A DNA stretch of 64,000 nucleotides from an uncultured Bdellovibrionales bacterium (lineage in GTDB: Bacteria; Patescibacteriota; Minisyncoccia; Moranbacterales; UBA1568), in assembly GCA_964398485.1 (NCBI GenBank), contig CAYNMD010000001.1:5072-69071 (forward strand), given 5' to 3'. A model generated the notes under the pieces. That model had not been told where the DNA came from. It ran no database searches and worked only from the letters and a program-made list of their open reading frames with translations. Both the position numbers and the translations under genes were made by a program. Within the stretch, counting starts at the first letter, position 1. Each line of letters opens with the position of its first letter. Below are positions 1 to 8,690 of the stretch, piece after piece.

Positions 1-48
1 ATTTGACTATCTTGAATACTTTGGTGAGGTGAACAAACTCAAGGATTG
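1..48 (+). CDS. 3' end of a gene entering the window (...FDYLEYFGEVNKLKD*)
   Basis: Open frame to TGA at 46-48, followed by a terminator-like hairpin. Confidence 0.45.
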
Positions 49-51
49 AAA

Positions 52-94
52 ACGGCGGGGAGCGCAGAGCGCACCTCGCCGTAGATAATTTTTT
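52..94 (+). terminator. Intrinsic terminator-like hairpin
   Basis: ACGGCGGGGAGCGC-AGA-GCGCACCTCGCCGT followed by a T-run; converges with topA. Confidence 0.6.
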
Positions 95-103
95 AAGAGA
101 GAG

Positions 104-2314
104 TTACTTACCGAGTTTGTGCGGATTATGATTGGGACAGGTTTTATCGCTGCACCGTTCTGGAATCGTTTTGGTACCTTCCATCATAAGCGCACCGCAC
201 TGCTTTCCATCTTTATCATCGCGCTTATAAGTACAGAGGCTGCCCGTCGGCTTGGCTTTAATGGCGTGCTTACAGTCAGGGTAATTGGAGCAGCTGTAGA
301 AGATTCCAAAGCGGCCACGACGTTCCGCCATTTCACCTTTATTGCAGACGGGACACTTTACACCAGTCGTTACCTGCGGAGCATTTTCATCCTTTTTGAT
401 AAATTTGCATTTTGGATAATTGTTGCAGGCAACAAATGATCCGAATCGTCCGCTGCGCTCGACGAGTTCGCCCTTGCCACACTGAGGGCAGGTTTCACCA
501 GTTCCTTTTGGTCCCTCAACTACTGTTCCTTCGAGAGTGAGCGCTCCTGTGCAATCAGGAAATTTGGAACAGCTATAAAATTTACCACTGCGGCCAAGCT
601 TGATAATCATACTACTTCCGCACACTGGACACTTCATGGTGTCTGGTGCTGGACCGAGGTTGGACATTTTTTCGAGTTTTTCTTTACTCTTTACTTCTTT
701 CGTAAATGGCCCGTAGAAGTTTTTGAGTGTTTTTTCGTATTCTCGTTTGCCCTCGGCGATTTCATCGAGCTCATCTTCCATTTCAGCAGTAAATGTATCC
801 GAAACAAAACGCTCGAAATGAGCAGAAAGAAAATCATCTACTACCTCACCGGTTTCAGTAGGAATAAGGGTACGGCCATCTTTGACGACATAATCACGGG
901 CTTGGATAGTCTGGATAATCGCTGCGTAGGTTGATGGGCGACCGATCCCACGCTTCTCCAGTTCCTTGACGAGCCCTGCTTCGGTATAACGTTTGGGTGG
1001 CTCAGTCCATTTTTCTTCACTGGTCATATCGAGGAGCGTCAGCGCCTCACCAACGGTTACCTTGGGAAGTTCGGTATCTTCACCACGGGCAGTGATATCT
1101 TCGGTGAGCCAACCAGGGAAAACGACGATTGAACCAGTAACAGCGAAAGATGGCACTGTTGTATCTTCAGCTTCGGCAACAATTTTGGTACGGATGAGTT
1201 CGGCATCGGCCATTTGCGAACTTATGGCACGAGTGCGAATCAGGGCGTAGAGGCGCTTCTCTTCATCGGTCCGACCATAGATTTTGGTATCAATATGAGT
1301 TGGTCTGATAGCCTCATGAGCCTCCTGGGCATTTTTACTTTTGGTCTTGAACGTGCGAGGCACAGCATATTTCTCGCCATATTGTTTTGAAATGAGAGCA
1401 AGAATACTGCTGGCAGCATCTTTACTCAAATTGGTTGAGTCGGTACGCATGTAGGTGATGTAACCAGCCTCGTAGAGTTTCTGGGCGATTTTCATGGTAC
1501 GACTGGGCGCAAAGCCAAGACGTGAACTGGCTGCCTGCTGGAGGGTAGAAGTAGTAAAGGGTGGATAGGGACTGCGTTTTCCGGGAGTCTCTTTGACATC
1601 AGCTACTTTCCAATGAGTTTTTTTGGATCGTTCTATGAGTGCTGCTGCCTCTTGTTGAACGGTGGCCTCATCCTTTTTTGGGCGAGGTTCAGTAGTATGG
1701 GTAAGGGTCAACTGAGCTTTGTGATCATTTTGAAATTGTCCAGTGAAGAGGAAGAAAATTTCAGGAATGAAAGCGCGAATCTCTTTTTCTCGCTCTACCA
1801 AAATATGGAGAGCGGGTGACTGGACGCGGCCAGCCGAAAGTCCATAGCGGAGTTTTTTCCAGATGAGACCGGAGAGATCGTAGCCGACAAGACGATCAAG
1901 TACGCGCCTCGCTTCTTGAGCCTTACGGAGATTGATATCGAGCGGTCTCGGATGCTGGATGGCTTCTTTGATGGCCGCTGGAGTGATCTCATAAAAGAGT
2001 ACTCGCGAAGGCTTCTTTAGCTTGGCCGTCTCTGCCACGTGCCAAGCAATCGCTTCTCCCTCACGGTCGGGGTCAGTAGCCAGGAGAACCTCTTTACTTT
2101 TTTTGGCGAGTCGACTAATTTCTTCAACGATGTGTTCTTTGCCGGGTGAAATCACGTAGTTTGGTTTGAAGCCGTTTTTGATGTCGATAGCTGATTTATT
2201 GCTTTTGGGAAGGTCTCGAACATGACCAACCGAAGCCACAACTTTGTATTCGCCATCCAAGTATTTTTCAATGGTCTTGGCTTTGGAGGGGGATTCGACA
2301 ATGAGAAGTTTCAT
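104..2314 (-). CDS. topA: DNA topoisomerase I
   Basis: TOPRIM LLIVESPSKAKTI, ATDPDREGE, SAGRVQS, ITYMRTDS, C-terminal C4 zinc ribbons. Confidence 0.98.
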   Translation of the reverse strand: MKLLIVESPSKAKTIEKYLDGEYKVVASVGHVRDLPKSNKSAIDIKNGFKPNYVISPGKEHIVEEISRLAKKSKEVLLATDPDREGEAIAWHVAETAKLKKPSRVLFYEITPAAIKEAIQHPRPLDINLRKAQEARRVLDRLVGYDLSGLIWKKLRYGLSAGRVQSPALHILVEREKEIRAFIPEIFFLFTGQFQNDHKAQLTLTHTTEPRPKKDEATVQQEAAALIERSKKTHWKVADVKETPGKRSPYPPFTTSTLQQAASSRLGFAPSRTMKIAQKLYEAGYITYMRTDSTNLSKDAASSILALISKQYGEKYAVPRTFKTKSKNAQEAHEAIRPTHIDTKIYGRTDEEKRLYALIRTRAISSQMADAELIRTKIVAEAEDTTVPSFAVTGSIVVFPGWLTEDITARGEDTELPKVTVGEALTLLDMTSEEKWTEPPKRYTEAGLVKELEKRGIGRPSTYAAIIQTIQARDYVVKDGRTLIPTETGEVVDDFLSAHFERFVSDTFTAEMEDELDEIAEGKREYEKTLKNFYGPFTKEVKSKEKLEKMSNLGPAPDTMKCPVCGSSMIIKLGRSGKFYSCSKFPDCTGALTLEGTVVEGPKGTGETCPQCGKGELVERSGRFGSFVACNNYPKCKFIKKDENAPQVTTGVKCPVCNKGEMAERRGRFGIFYSCSNYPDCKHAIKAKPTGSLCTYKRDDKDGKQCGALMMEGTKTIPERCSDKTCPNHNPHKLGK

Positions 2315-2355
2315 AATAGAGTCGGCAAAAACAGAAAACGATCAAAACGAAATTA

Positions 2356-3456
2356 TTATTTGATGCGGATGTATTGCATGTTACCAATATTTTTGATGAG
2401 TCCGCGCATTTCGAGTTTTGTGAGTAAGGCAGAACCCCTGGTCGTTTCTAGTCTAGAGACTTCTAACACCTTGTCAATGTGGAGCGGGTCACGTGAGAGG
2501 CAGTTAATAATTTTTTGCTCTTCTTCATTGAGATGAGTGAGTGGAGTGCTTGCTGTCTCAGCTTGAGATGGGAACGCTTCCAACTGTAGCTCATTCAAAA
2601 TATCTTGTACACCAGTGACGAGTTTGGCCCCTTGCTTCAGGAGATTGTTGGAACCAGTGGCGAGTGGTGAAAAAATTGATCCAGGGACGGCGAATACTTC
2701 CCGATTGAAATCGAGAGCGAGTCTGGCGGTGATGAGGCTGCCACTCTCTTCTTTGGCTTCGATAACCACGGTACCCAAAGTCATTCCGGCGATGATTCGA
2801 TTGCGGGCAGGAAAGGTGCCAGTCGTTGGTGGTGTTCCAGGAGCGTATTCGGAGATGAGGGTACCATGCTGCAAAATCGAATGAGCGAGACGGAGATGAC
2901 TTTGCGGAGCAAGAGAGGCATCATCAATACCACCACCGAGGATAGCGACAGTGGGCATTTCGGCCAGGAGTGCTCCTTCGTGAGCGAGAGAATCAATACC
3001 AAAAGCGAGACCCGAGATAATGGTGATGCCAGCACGTGAGAGCTCACGACTGAGTTCTTCGGCCACTTGTTTCCCATACGGCGAGTAGTCGCGTGAACCA
3101 ACGATAGCGATGCAGGGCTTTTCATTCCATTGTTTCCAGTGACCACGCAGGTAGAGGAGAGCCGGTGGACTCGGTATTTCTTGAAGGAGAATGGGGTAAT
3201 CGGGATCAGTAAAGGGGAGGAGGGTAATATCAGCTGCTGCTAGCTTTTGTTTTTCTTCCTCACAATCGATAGTGTGTCGCTTGGTGTCGATACCGGTAGG
3301 GTTAAAGCGACTGGCAAATTTTATGTCCTCCCACTCAGTTTCGCTGGCTTCCCAGGCGACTTTGGCCGATCCAAAGTGAGCCACTGCCTCTCGAAGAGTT
3401 TTGCTACCGCAGCCAGGGAGAGAATTGAGGAGATGAAAGTAAAAGGCTTCATTCAT
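2356..3456 (-). CDS. dprA: DNA-processing protein DprA
   Basis: IAIVGSR, ISGLAFGID, FPARNRIIAG, EAKEESGSLITA, C-terminal wHTH; adjacent to topA; ATG 3456 preferred. Confidence 0.96.
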   Translation of the reverse strand: MNEAFYFHLLNSLPGCGSKTLREAVAHFGSAKVAWEASETEWEDIKFASRFNPTGIDTKRHTIDCEEEKQKLAAADITLLPFTDPDYPILLQEIPSPPALLYLRGHWKQWNEKPCIAIVGSRDYSPYGKQVAEELSRELSRAGITIISGLAFGIDSLAHEGALLAEMPTVAILGGGIDDASLAPQSHLRLAHSILQHGTLISEYAPGTPPTTGTFPARNRIIAGMTLGTVVIEAKEESGSLITARLALDFNREVFAVPGSIFSPLATGSNNLLKQGAKLVTGVQDILNELQLEAFPSQAETASTPLTHLNEEEQKIINCLSRDPLHIDKVLEVSRLETTRGSALLTKLEMRGLIKNIGNMQYIRIK

Positions 3457-3522
3457 ATAGAGAGAGGTCCGAAATGACCCCCATTCTAAGTGAAACAGGG
3501 TTTTCGTGCAAATGAGACACAT

Positions 3523-3551
3523 TTGACTCTTTCTCGCCTTCTCGCTAGGCT
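3523..3551 (+). promoter_or_regulatory. sigma70-type promoter of orphan cassette A
   Basis: TTGACT-17 nt-TAGGCT. Confidence 0.55.
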
Positions 3552-3608
3552 ACCCTCAAGTTTGGCTGGAGTCCCTAGCTGAACAATGTTTTGAAACTGG
3601 AGCAAGTG

Positions 3609-3980
3609 ATGCAATTAGTGACACCTGTTGCCTCTTTGTTTCAATTGAAGCAAGAAGACGATCGTTTTTACGCAGACAATGATGATAACTATCGGCGATA
3701 CGAAAGAGTTCTTCGTTCCTATTGCCGCATGGCATGGTTTTATCACCGCTGTGACTACTGTCGTGAGTCGATAAATCCAGGCGACTTCTATCAAGCTTGG
3801 GTGCATGTTTCCCACCCACCGAAAAAAGTGCCTGGTAAGAGAAGAAAAAGGCGTCTGTGGGTTGAGAAAAAGCATGATCCTGAGTGTCCTGATGAGCTCC
3901 GCAGAATGGAGGAAGAGATGTATCAGCAATGGGAGCGCGAAGATCAAGCTAGACGGGATGCAGAGCGGAAATCAGCGTAG
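3609..3980 (+). CDS. Orphan protein with CxxC...H...HxxxC (possible Zn-binding), cassette A
   Basis: GGAG 6 nt before ATG 3609; CDYC, basic KKVPGKRRKRR, own promoter and terminator. Confidence 0.6.
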   Translation: MQLVTPVASLFQLKQEDDRFYADNDDNYRRYERVLRSYCRMAWFYHRCDYCRESINPGDFYQAWVHVSHPPKKVPGKRRKRRLWVEKKHDPECPDELRRMEEEMYQQWEREDQARRDAERKSA

Positions 3981-3991
3981 TGCGCTGACAC

Positions 3992-4035
3992 GGGCTCGGG
4001 GCTCTTCGCAAAGAGACTCGGGCCCAAAACATTTT
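3992..4035 (+). terminator. Terminator-like hairpin, cassette A
   Basis: GGGCTCGGGGCTCTT-CGCA-AAGAGACTCGGGCCC then AAAACATTTT. Confidence 0.6.
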
Positions 4036-4048
4036 GTATACTAAATTT

Positions 4049-4522
4049 ATGAAACAAACCAAACAATACTGGCTCATGAAAAGTGAGCCAGATGAGTATT
4101 CGATTGATGATCTCGCACGTGATAAACAATCGCCTTGGTTTGGGGTACGCAATTATCAGGCGAGAAATTTTATGCGAGATACGATGCGAGTGGGGGATGA
4201 AGTACTCTTTTATCACTCGAGTTGTCCAGAGCCGGGAGTAGTGGGTCTCGCTCAAGTAGCGAGTGCACCCTATCCTGATGAGACTCAGTTTGACCAGAAA
4301 AGCCCGTACTATGATCCCAAAGCCACCAAAGAGAGTCCACGTTGGACGTTGGTAGAGGTAAAATTTGTCAGAAAATTCAAACGGACTGTCTCACTATTGG
4401 TACTTCGTCAAGAAAAATCTCTGAAAAATCTCGTCATCCTTCGACCAGGCAATCGTCTTTCGATTACCCCAGTCACGTTAGCCGAATATACGATGATTAC
4501 TCGCCTCGGCGAGAAGAACTAA
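4049..4522 (+). CDS. EVE domain protein
   Basis: YWLMKSEP, WFGVRNYQARNFMR, FYHS, RLSITPV. Confidence 0.93.
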   Translation: MKQTKQYWLMKSEPDEYSIDDLARDKQSPWFGVRNYQARNFMRDTMRVGDEVLFYHSSCPEPGVVGLAQVASAPYPDETQFDQKSPYYDPKATKESPRWTLVEVKFVRKFKRTVSLLVLRQEKSLKNLVILRPGNRLSITPVTLAEYTMITRLGEKN

Positions 4523-4530
4523 ATGAATTT

Positions 4531-4764
4531 TTATAGGTGAGCTTCAGTAGAAGTATCAAGCCATTCATCACTTGCCCGGTGAAATTCTTTGGTGGCGGCA
4601 TCAATTTTTGATTGTAATTCTACAGGGATAGGTTGGCCAGACATGACTATTCGATCAGCTTGGTCTTGGAGCTCAGTGAGAGCCTGCTCAGCTTGGAGAT
4701 ATTCCTCTCTCGCGACGGAGACAATGCTGTGTTCATACTTCATTCCGGTTGGTTGTTCAATCAT
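4531..4764 (-). CDS. Small helical hypothetical protein
   Basis: 77 aa ATG ORF filling the gap between two genes. Confidence 0.5.
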   Translation of the reverse strand: MIEQPTGMKYEHSIVSVAREEYLQAEQALTELQDQADRIVMSGQPIPVELQSKIDAATKEFHRASDEWLDTSTEAHL

Positions 4765-4797
4765 AGGCTTTTGTCTCAGAAATAAGGTATATCGAAA

Positions 4798-5802
4798 TTA
4801 CTTGGGTGTAACGACATTTTTACATTGGCCCAGGGCGTAGCATTCGATATTATCGATTGTGGTGGAGAGAATGCGTTCGAGTGCTTCTTTGGAATAGAAG
4901 GCAATGTGTGGAGTGTAGACGACATTATCTCGACCGAGAAGGGCGTGGTCCTTGGCGAGCATCTGCAGTTCTGGTGCGCCATCTTGTTTGTTGAGGAGCT
5001 CCTTCTCTTCTCGGACAAGTAGTTCGCCTTCGAGGACATCGATGCCTACTCCAGCGAGTATGCCTTGGTCGAGTCCCATCATGAGAGCATCGGTTTCGAC
5101 GAGTTCACCGCGGGCCGTATTGATGAGAATGGTGCCGGGCTTCATGAGATTGATATTGTGTTGATTGATGAGGTGGTGAGTCTCTTTGGTGTAGGGAGTG
5201 TGCAGAGAAATAATATCTGATGATTCGAGGAGTTTGTGCAGCGGCACATACTGGAAGTCGAGCACTTCGGAGAGAAATTGATTCGGAAAAGCATCGTAGG
5301 CGAGTACCTTCATACCAAAGCCTTTGGCAATTTTGATCACATGGAGGCCAATTTTGCCAGCGCCGACGACTCCGAGTGTCTTGCCTTTGAGATCAAATCC
5401 GCGCAGTCCTTCGATAGCAAAGTCACCGGCGAGTCTTCTCACGTGAGACTTGTGCACATTTCGGGAGAGTGCCAGGATGAGGGCAAAGGTGTGTTCGGCT
5501 ACCGTATTTTCTCCATACGAAGGAACATTGGAAACGAGGATAGCACGTTCTTTGGCAGCTTCGAGATCGATATGATCAAAGCCGGTAGAACGGGTGACGA
5601 TGAGTTTGAGTTTGGGGAGGGCGTGGATGACTTCCGCGGTAACCTTACTGTAAATAAAGACAGAGAGGACTTCGCACTCGGCGAGTGAGGCGAGGTCTTT
5701 TTCTTCGATCGTACGATCAAAGAAAAAAAGCTGATGTCCTGCAAACCGTTCTTTGAGGGTTTCTTCTTCCCACTTTTGGATTTCAAAAAAGGCGAGCTGC
5801 AT
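4798..5802 (-). CDS. D-isomer-specific 2-hydroxyacid dehydrogenase (D-lactate dehydrogenase-like)
   Basis: RSTGFDHID, GVVGAGKIG, INTARG, TPHIAFYS. Confidence 0.92.
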   Translation of the reverse strand: MQLAFFEIQKWEEETLKERFAGHQLFFFDRTIEEKDLASLAECEVLSVFIYSKVTAEVIHALPKLKLIVTRSTGFDHIDLEAAKERAILVSNVPSYGENTVAEHTFALILALSRNVHKSHVRRLAGDFAIEGLRGFDLKGKTLGVVGAGKIGLHVIKIAKGFGMKVLAYDAFPNQFLSEVLDFQYVPLHKLLESSDIISLHTPYTKETHHLINQHNINLMKPGTILINTARGELVETDALMMGLDQGILAGVGIDVLEGELLVREEKELLNKQDGAPELQMLAKDHALLGRDNVVYTPHIAFYSKEALERILSTTIDNIECYALGQCKNVVTPK

Positions 5803-5861
5803 AAGCAAACTTTGAATCAGTTATCTCCTCCTAGTATACCCCGGAGAAGAGAGTGATTCAA

Positions 5862-6617
5862 TTATTTGTTTTTTGTCCCTGTAGTTTTTTGATTGCGGAG
5901 GCCGTGACGAATAATCCATTCGGTAGCTGGCGAAAGTCCTTCTTTTTTCCATGCTGCGATAATAGCCTGAGCAAATGATGGATCTTCTTTCATGAGGTCA
6001 TTGAGGTTGTTGCCGACTGACTTTTGGACAAACCGGTCTTCATCATGACGAAGGTTGGAGAGGATGTTTTGATAGAGTTCTGGATAGTGGAGTGCTACGA
6101 GTAATTTTTTGGCCCAAGGGAGTTTGGGTCTCAGTCCTTCGCTGGCAAGTCTTCGTACGTGGACGCTGTCATCTTGGCTCCAACGGAGCATGAGTCGCAT
6201 AGTTTTTTGTGGTTCATTTGCTAGAAGTGGACGAATAGCAAATTCGCCCGTGTAGCGTTGGGTAAGTTCATAAATAAATTGACTAGAGATACTCCAATGA
6301 TCAGCGCCATGCTGTTCCACGTATCGGCCGAGAGGAGCAAGCCACCAACCATAGAGAAACATACCGTTTGATTCGGCAAGCTTTGGTCCCAAAAGAGAGG
6401 TGAAGAGCTGGAGATGTTCATCATACGTACCGGGGAGATGATGATGGAAAGCAGCAGCGTAGGCGTCGAGTCTTTCGCTATAACTTTTCCCGCGTAGAGT
6501 CCGTCTCAGCTCGGTGAGAAATTCCTCGGACGCAAAATCAGGCGTGAGAGCTGTTAGTTTTTCGGCGATGAGTTTGGCACAGGTGAGACCATAGTAGTCT
6601 TTGATTTTCTTGGCCAT
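5862..6617 (-). CDS. DNA alkylation repair protein (AlkC/AlkD-like HEAT-repeat glycosylase)
   Basis: TGEFAIRP, HVRRLASEGLRPKLPW, VQKSVGNNLND. Confidence 0.85.
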   Translation of the reverse strand: MAKKIKDYYGLTCAKLIAEKLTALTPDFASEEFLTELRRTLRGKSYSERLDAYAAAFHHHLPGTYDEHLQLFTSLLGPKLAESNGMFLYGWWLAPLGRYVEQHGADHWSISSQFIYELTQRYTGEFAIRPLLANEPQKTMRLMLRWSQDDSVHVRRLASEGLRPKLPWAKKLLVALHYPELYQNILSNLRHDEDRFVQKSVGNNLNDLMKEDPSFAQAIIAAWKKEGLSPATEWIIRHGLRNQKTTGTKNK

Positions 6618-6648
6618 AGAGTTTCTTGTTTTTCTTACTCTACCATAC

Positions 6649-6682
6649 AAAAAACCGCTTCTCCCAGGGGAAGCGGTTTTTG
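6649..6682. terminator. Bidirectional intrinsic terminator
   Basis: AAAAAACCGCTTCTC-CCAG-GGGAAGCGGTTTTT. Confidence 0.75.
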
Positions 6683-6686
6683 AATT

Positions 6687-7328
6687 TTATCGCACTACCA
6701 AAGTTGCTTCCTCGAGTGGGCGTCGTACCTTTGGTCTTTTGGTCCATTCATCAGCTGGGCTGCGGTACCCAAGAGCGAGCAGGGTCGTAGCAGTAAGGTG
6801 CTGGTCACCGAGACCCAGGATGGTATCAACGGCCTGAGGATCAAATCCCTCCATGGCAGCATTATCAATTCCAAGGAGAGAAGCAGTTCCCATCATAATG
6901 CCGAGAGGGATGTAGGTTTGGCAAGCAATCCAGCGATCGAGTGAGGTATCATCTTTTGAAGCGATGACCCCGTCAAGCATTTGACGAAAACCAGTGAGTG
7001 ATTCTACTGGTTGTCCTTGAATTTTGGCCGTCCGGTCAATACGTTCAGCGGCTATCGATTGTCTTACATCGGTGCGACGAGCGATGACAATGAGATGAGA
7101 GGCTTCGGTCACTCGCGGTTGACCATAGCTTGCTTCCTGAATAGCTTGGCGGAGCGCTTGATTTTCGACCACAATAAATTTCCAGGCTTCGAGACCAAAA
7201 CTTGATGGAGCGAGTCGTCCGCTTTCGAGGATAGTTTCGAGATCAGTGGGGCTGATCTTTTTGGTTGGATCAAATGACTGCACGGCAGCACGCCAGTGTA
7301 GGGCGTCTAGGATATCCTTTGGTTGCAT
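6687..7328 (-). CDS. Nitroreductase family NAD(P)H-dependent oxidoreductase
   Basis: RAAVQSFD, LAPSSFGLEAWKF, MEGFD, LALGYR. Confidence 0.92.
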   Translation of the reverse strand: MQPKDILDALHWRAAVQSFDPTKKISPTDLETILESGRLAPSSFGLEAWKFIVVENQALRQAIQEASYGQPRVTEASHLIVIARRTDVRQSIAAERIDRTAKIQGQPVESLTGFRQMLDGVIASKDDTSLDRWIACQTYIPLGIMMGTASLLGIDNAAMEGFDPQAVDTILGLGDQHLTATTLLALGYRSPADEWTKRPKVRRPLEEATLVVR

Positions 7329-7399
7329 AGGGGAGTATACTTATGATATAAATGGGGTCTATGCTTCGACATGCATAGTACTATATTTAGTATAGTGTT

Positions 7400-7741
7400 A
7401 TGAAAACGAGTCGTCAAGGAAAAGATGAGGAGGTAGTGATGACTTCTGGAGGGAGGTGTCCTAAGCGTGCCCTAAAAATTTTTGGTGACTTCCAGACACT
7501 CTCTATTGTTGAGGTACTTGGTCAGGGCGAACTCCGATACTGCGCTCTTCAAAGAGCACTTGGTGATATGAACCCAGTGACACTTACCAAGAGGCTCAAA
7601 ATGCTCGAAGGCGAAGGGATTATTGGACGACGGACGGAGGCAATGGATAAACTCTCAGTTTCTTATTACTTGGAGGAGAAGGGGAAGCGGATGCTCCCGA
7701 TACTCCGAAATATGAGGGATTTTGCGATGCAGTATCTCTAA
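7400..7741 (+). CDS. HxlR-family wHTH transcriptional regulator
   Basis: CPKRALKIFGD...LTKRLKMLE..G..V.Y.L; divergent from the nitroreductase. Confidence 0.88.
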   Translation: MKTSRQGKDEEVVMTSGGRCPKRALKIFGDFQTLSIVEVLGQGELRYCALQRALGDMNPVTLTKRLKMLEGEGIIGRRTEAMDKLSVSYYLEEKGKRMLPILRNMRDFAMQYL

Positions 7742-7822
7742 AAAGGGGTGTTTGGGCGCTAGAGAGGTTGCTCCACTTGATTCTTTTTTGAGGATATTGT
7801 AGCATTCAGGGTGCTTTTTAAC

Positions 7823-7896
7823 GGGCGATTAGCTCAGGTGGTTAGAGCGCGTCACTGATAATGACGAGGTCCCAAGTTCGAGTCTTGGATCGCCCA
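7823..7896 (+). tRNA. tRNA-Ile(GAT)
   Basis: Cloverleaf; anticodon arm CGTCA-CTGATAA-TGACG; T loop TTCGAGT. Confidence 0.95.
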
Positions 7897-7928
7897 CATC
7901 TGGAAGGCAGCGTCCAGAAAGTATATAC

Positions 7929-8002
7929 AGCGGGGTAGAGCAGTCTGGCAGCTCGTCTGGCTCATAACCAGAAGGTCGGTGGTTCAAATCCACCCCCCGC
8001 AA
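7929..8002 (+). tRNA. Initiator-type tRNA-fMet(CAT)
   Basis: AGCGGGG/CCCCGCA acceptor with 1:72 mismatch, GAGCAG D-arm, TTCAAAT T loop, CAT anticodon. Confidence 0.9.
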
Positions 8003-8072
8003 CAAACTTCGCATTCAGCAGGTGACAGATACTGAGGCATCTTCTCTTGCTTGGCTAAGTTGGGTATAATTT

Positions 8073-8146
8073 GCCAGGGTAGCTCAGTTGGTTAGAGCAC
8101 GGGACTCATAAGCCCGGGGTCGAGAGTTCGAATCTCTCCCCTGGTA
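8073..8146 (+). tRNA. tRNA-Met(CAT), probably elongator
   Basis: Cloverleaf GCCAGGG/CCCTGGT; CAT anticodon; Ile2 identity not excluded. Confidence 0.85.
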
Positions 8147-8152
8147 CTGGGC

Positions 8153-8227
8153 GAAAATTGAATATCACGGGGGCGTACCCACCCGAACGACTGAGAGCCG
8201 TTCAGTCGGGCGGGGCTCAGCTGGCTA
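8153..8227 (+). repeat. Imperfect direct repeat of 8448-8484 (tRNA-Asp 5' end plus upstream), interrupted by a palindrome
   Basis: ACGGGGGCGTA|37-nt insert|GCTCAGCTGGCTA vs ACGGGGGCGTAGCTCAGCTGGTTA (23/24); GAAAATT..ATAT also shared upstream. Confidence 0.85.
8178..8214. repeat. 37-nt REP-like palindromic insertion
   Basis: CCCACCCGAACGACTGAGAGCCGTTCAGTCGGGCGGG; ends pair (CCCACCCGA/TCGGGCGGG); inserted at TA|G. Confidence 0.75.
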
Positions 8228-8472
8228 TGTACACTGTTTATGTTTTACAAGATAATCGGGGAAGGTTATACAAGGGCATGACCAATAACCTGGTTCGACG
8301 ACTTGCAGAACATAAAGGGGGTACAACAAAAACTACGCGTTCTATGAAGGATCTGCGTGTTGTATACTCCGAAGAGCATCCCGACAGAGTGTCAGCAAGA
8401 AAGCGAGAGATGTATTTAAAGTCTGCTGCTGGGAGGAGGTTTTTGAAGAAAATTTTATATACGGGGGCGTAG
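8227..8472 (+). CDS. Small stand-alone GIY-YIG nuclease (81 aa)
   Basis: YTVYVL...LYKGMT..L.RRL.EH, A.KRE..LKS..GR; stop codon lies inside the tRNA-Asp 5' end. Confidence 0.9.
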   Translation: MYTVYVLQDNRGRLYKGMTNNLVRRLAEHKGGTTKTTRSMKDLRVVYSEEHPDRVSARKREMYLKSAAGRRFLKKILYTGA

Positions 8473-8539
8473 CTCAGCTGGTTAGAGCGACTGCCTGTCA
8501 CGCAGTAGGTCGCCGGTTCGAGTCCGGTCGTCCCCGCCA
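8463..8539 (+). tRNA. tRNA-Asp(GTC)
   Basis: Cloverleaf; ACTGC-CTGTCAC-GCAGT; encoded CCA. Confidence 0.96.
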
Positions 8540-8690
8540 TTCGGGATAAGCAGGTACATTAGTATCTGTTTTTCCTTTTGTAGAAGCCTCAAACACCGGT
8601 TCGAGGGTACTCTTTTTCACCATGAGACTCTCCTCACTTTTACCAATCAGTAAAAAGATTCTATACTATTAAAAACTAATAATTTCAACT

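Noticed and set aside
8158-8226. N-terminal extension of the GIY-YIG ORF in the ORF track
   Set aside because: It is read-through of the repeat and palindrome; the family motif starts at ATG 8227.
7829-8540. Minus-strand ORFs over the tRNA cluster
   Set aside because: Antisense shadows of tRNA genes and the GIY-YIG gene.
8596-8605. CCGGTTCGAG match to the tRNA-Asp T arm as an att remnant
   Set aside because: Only 10 bp with no supporting element; may be chance.
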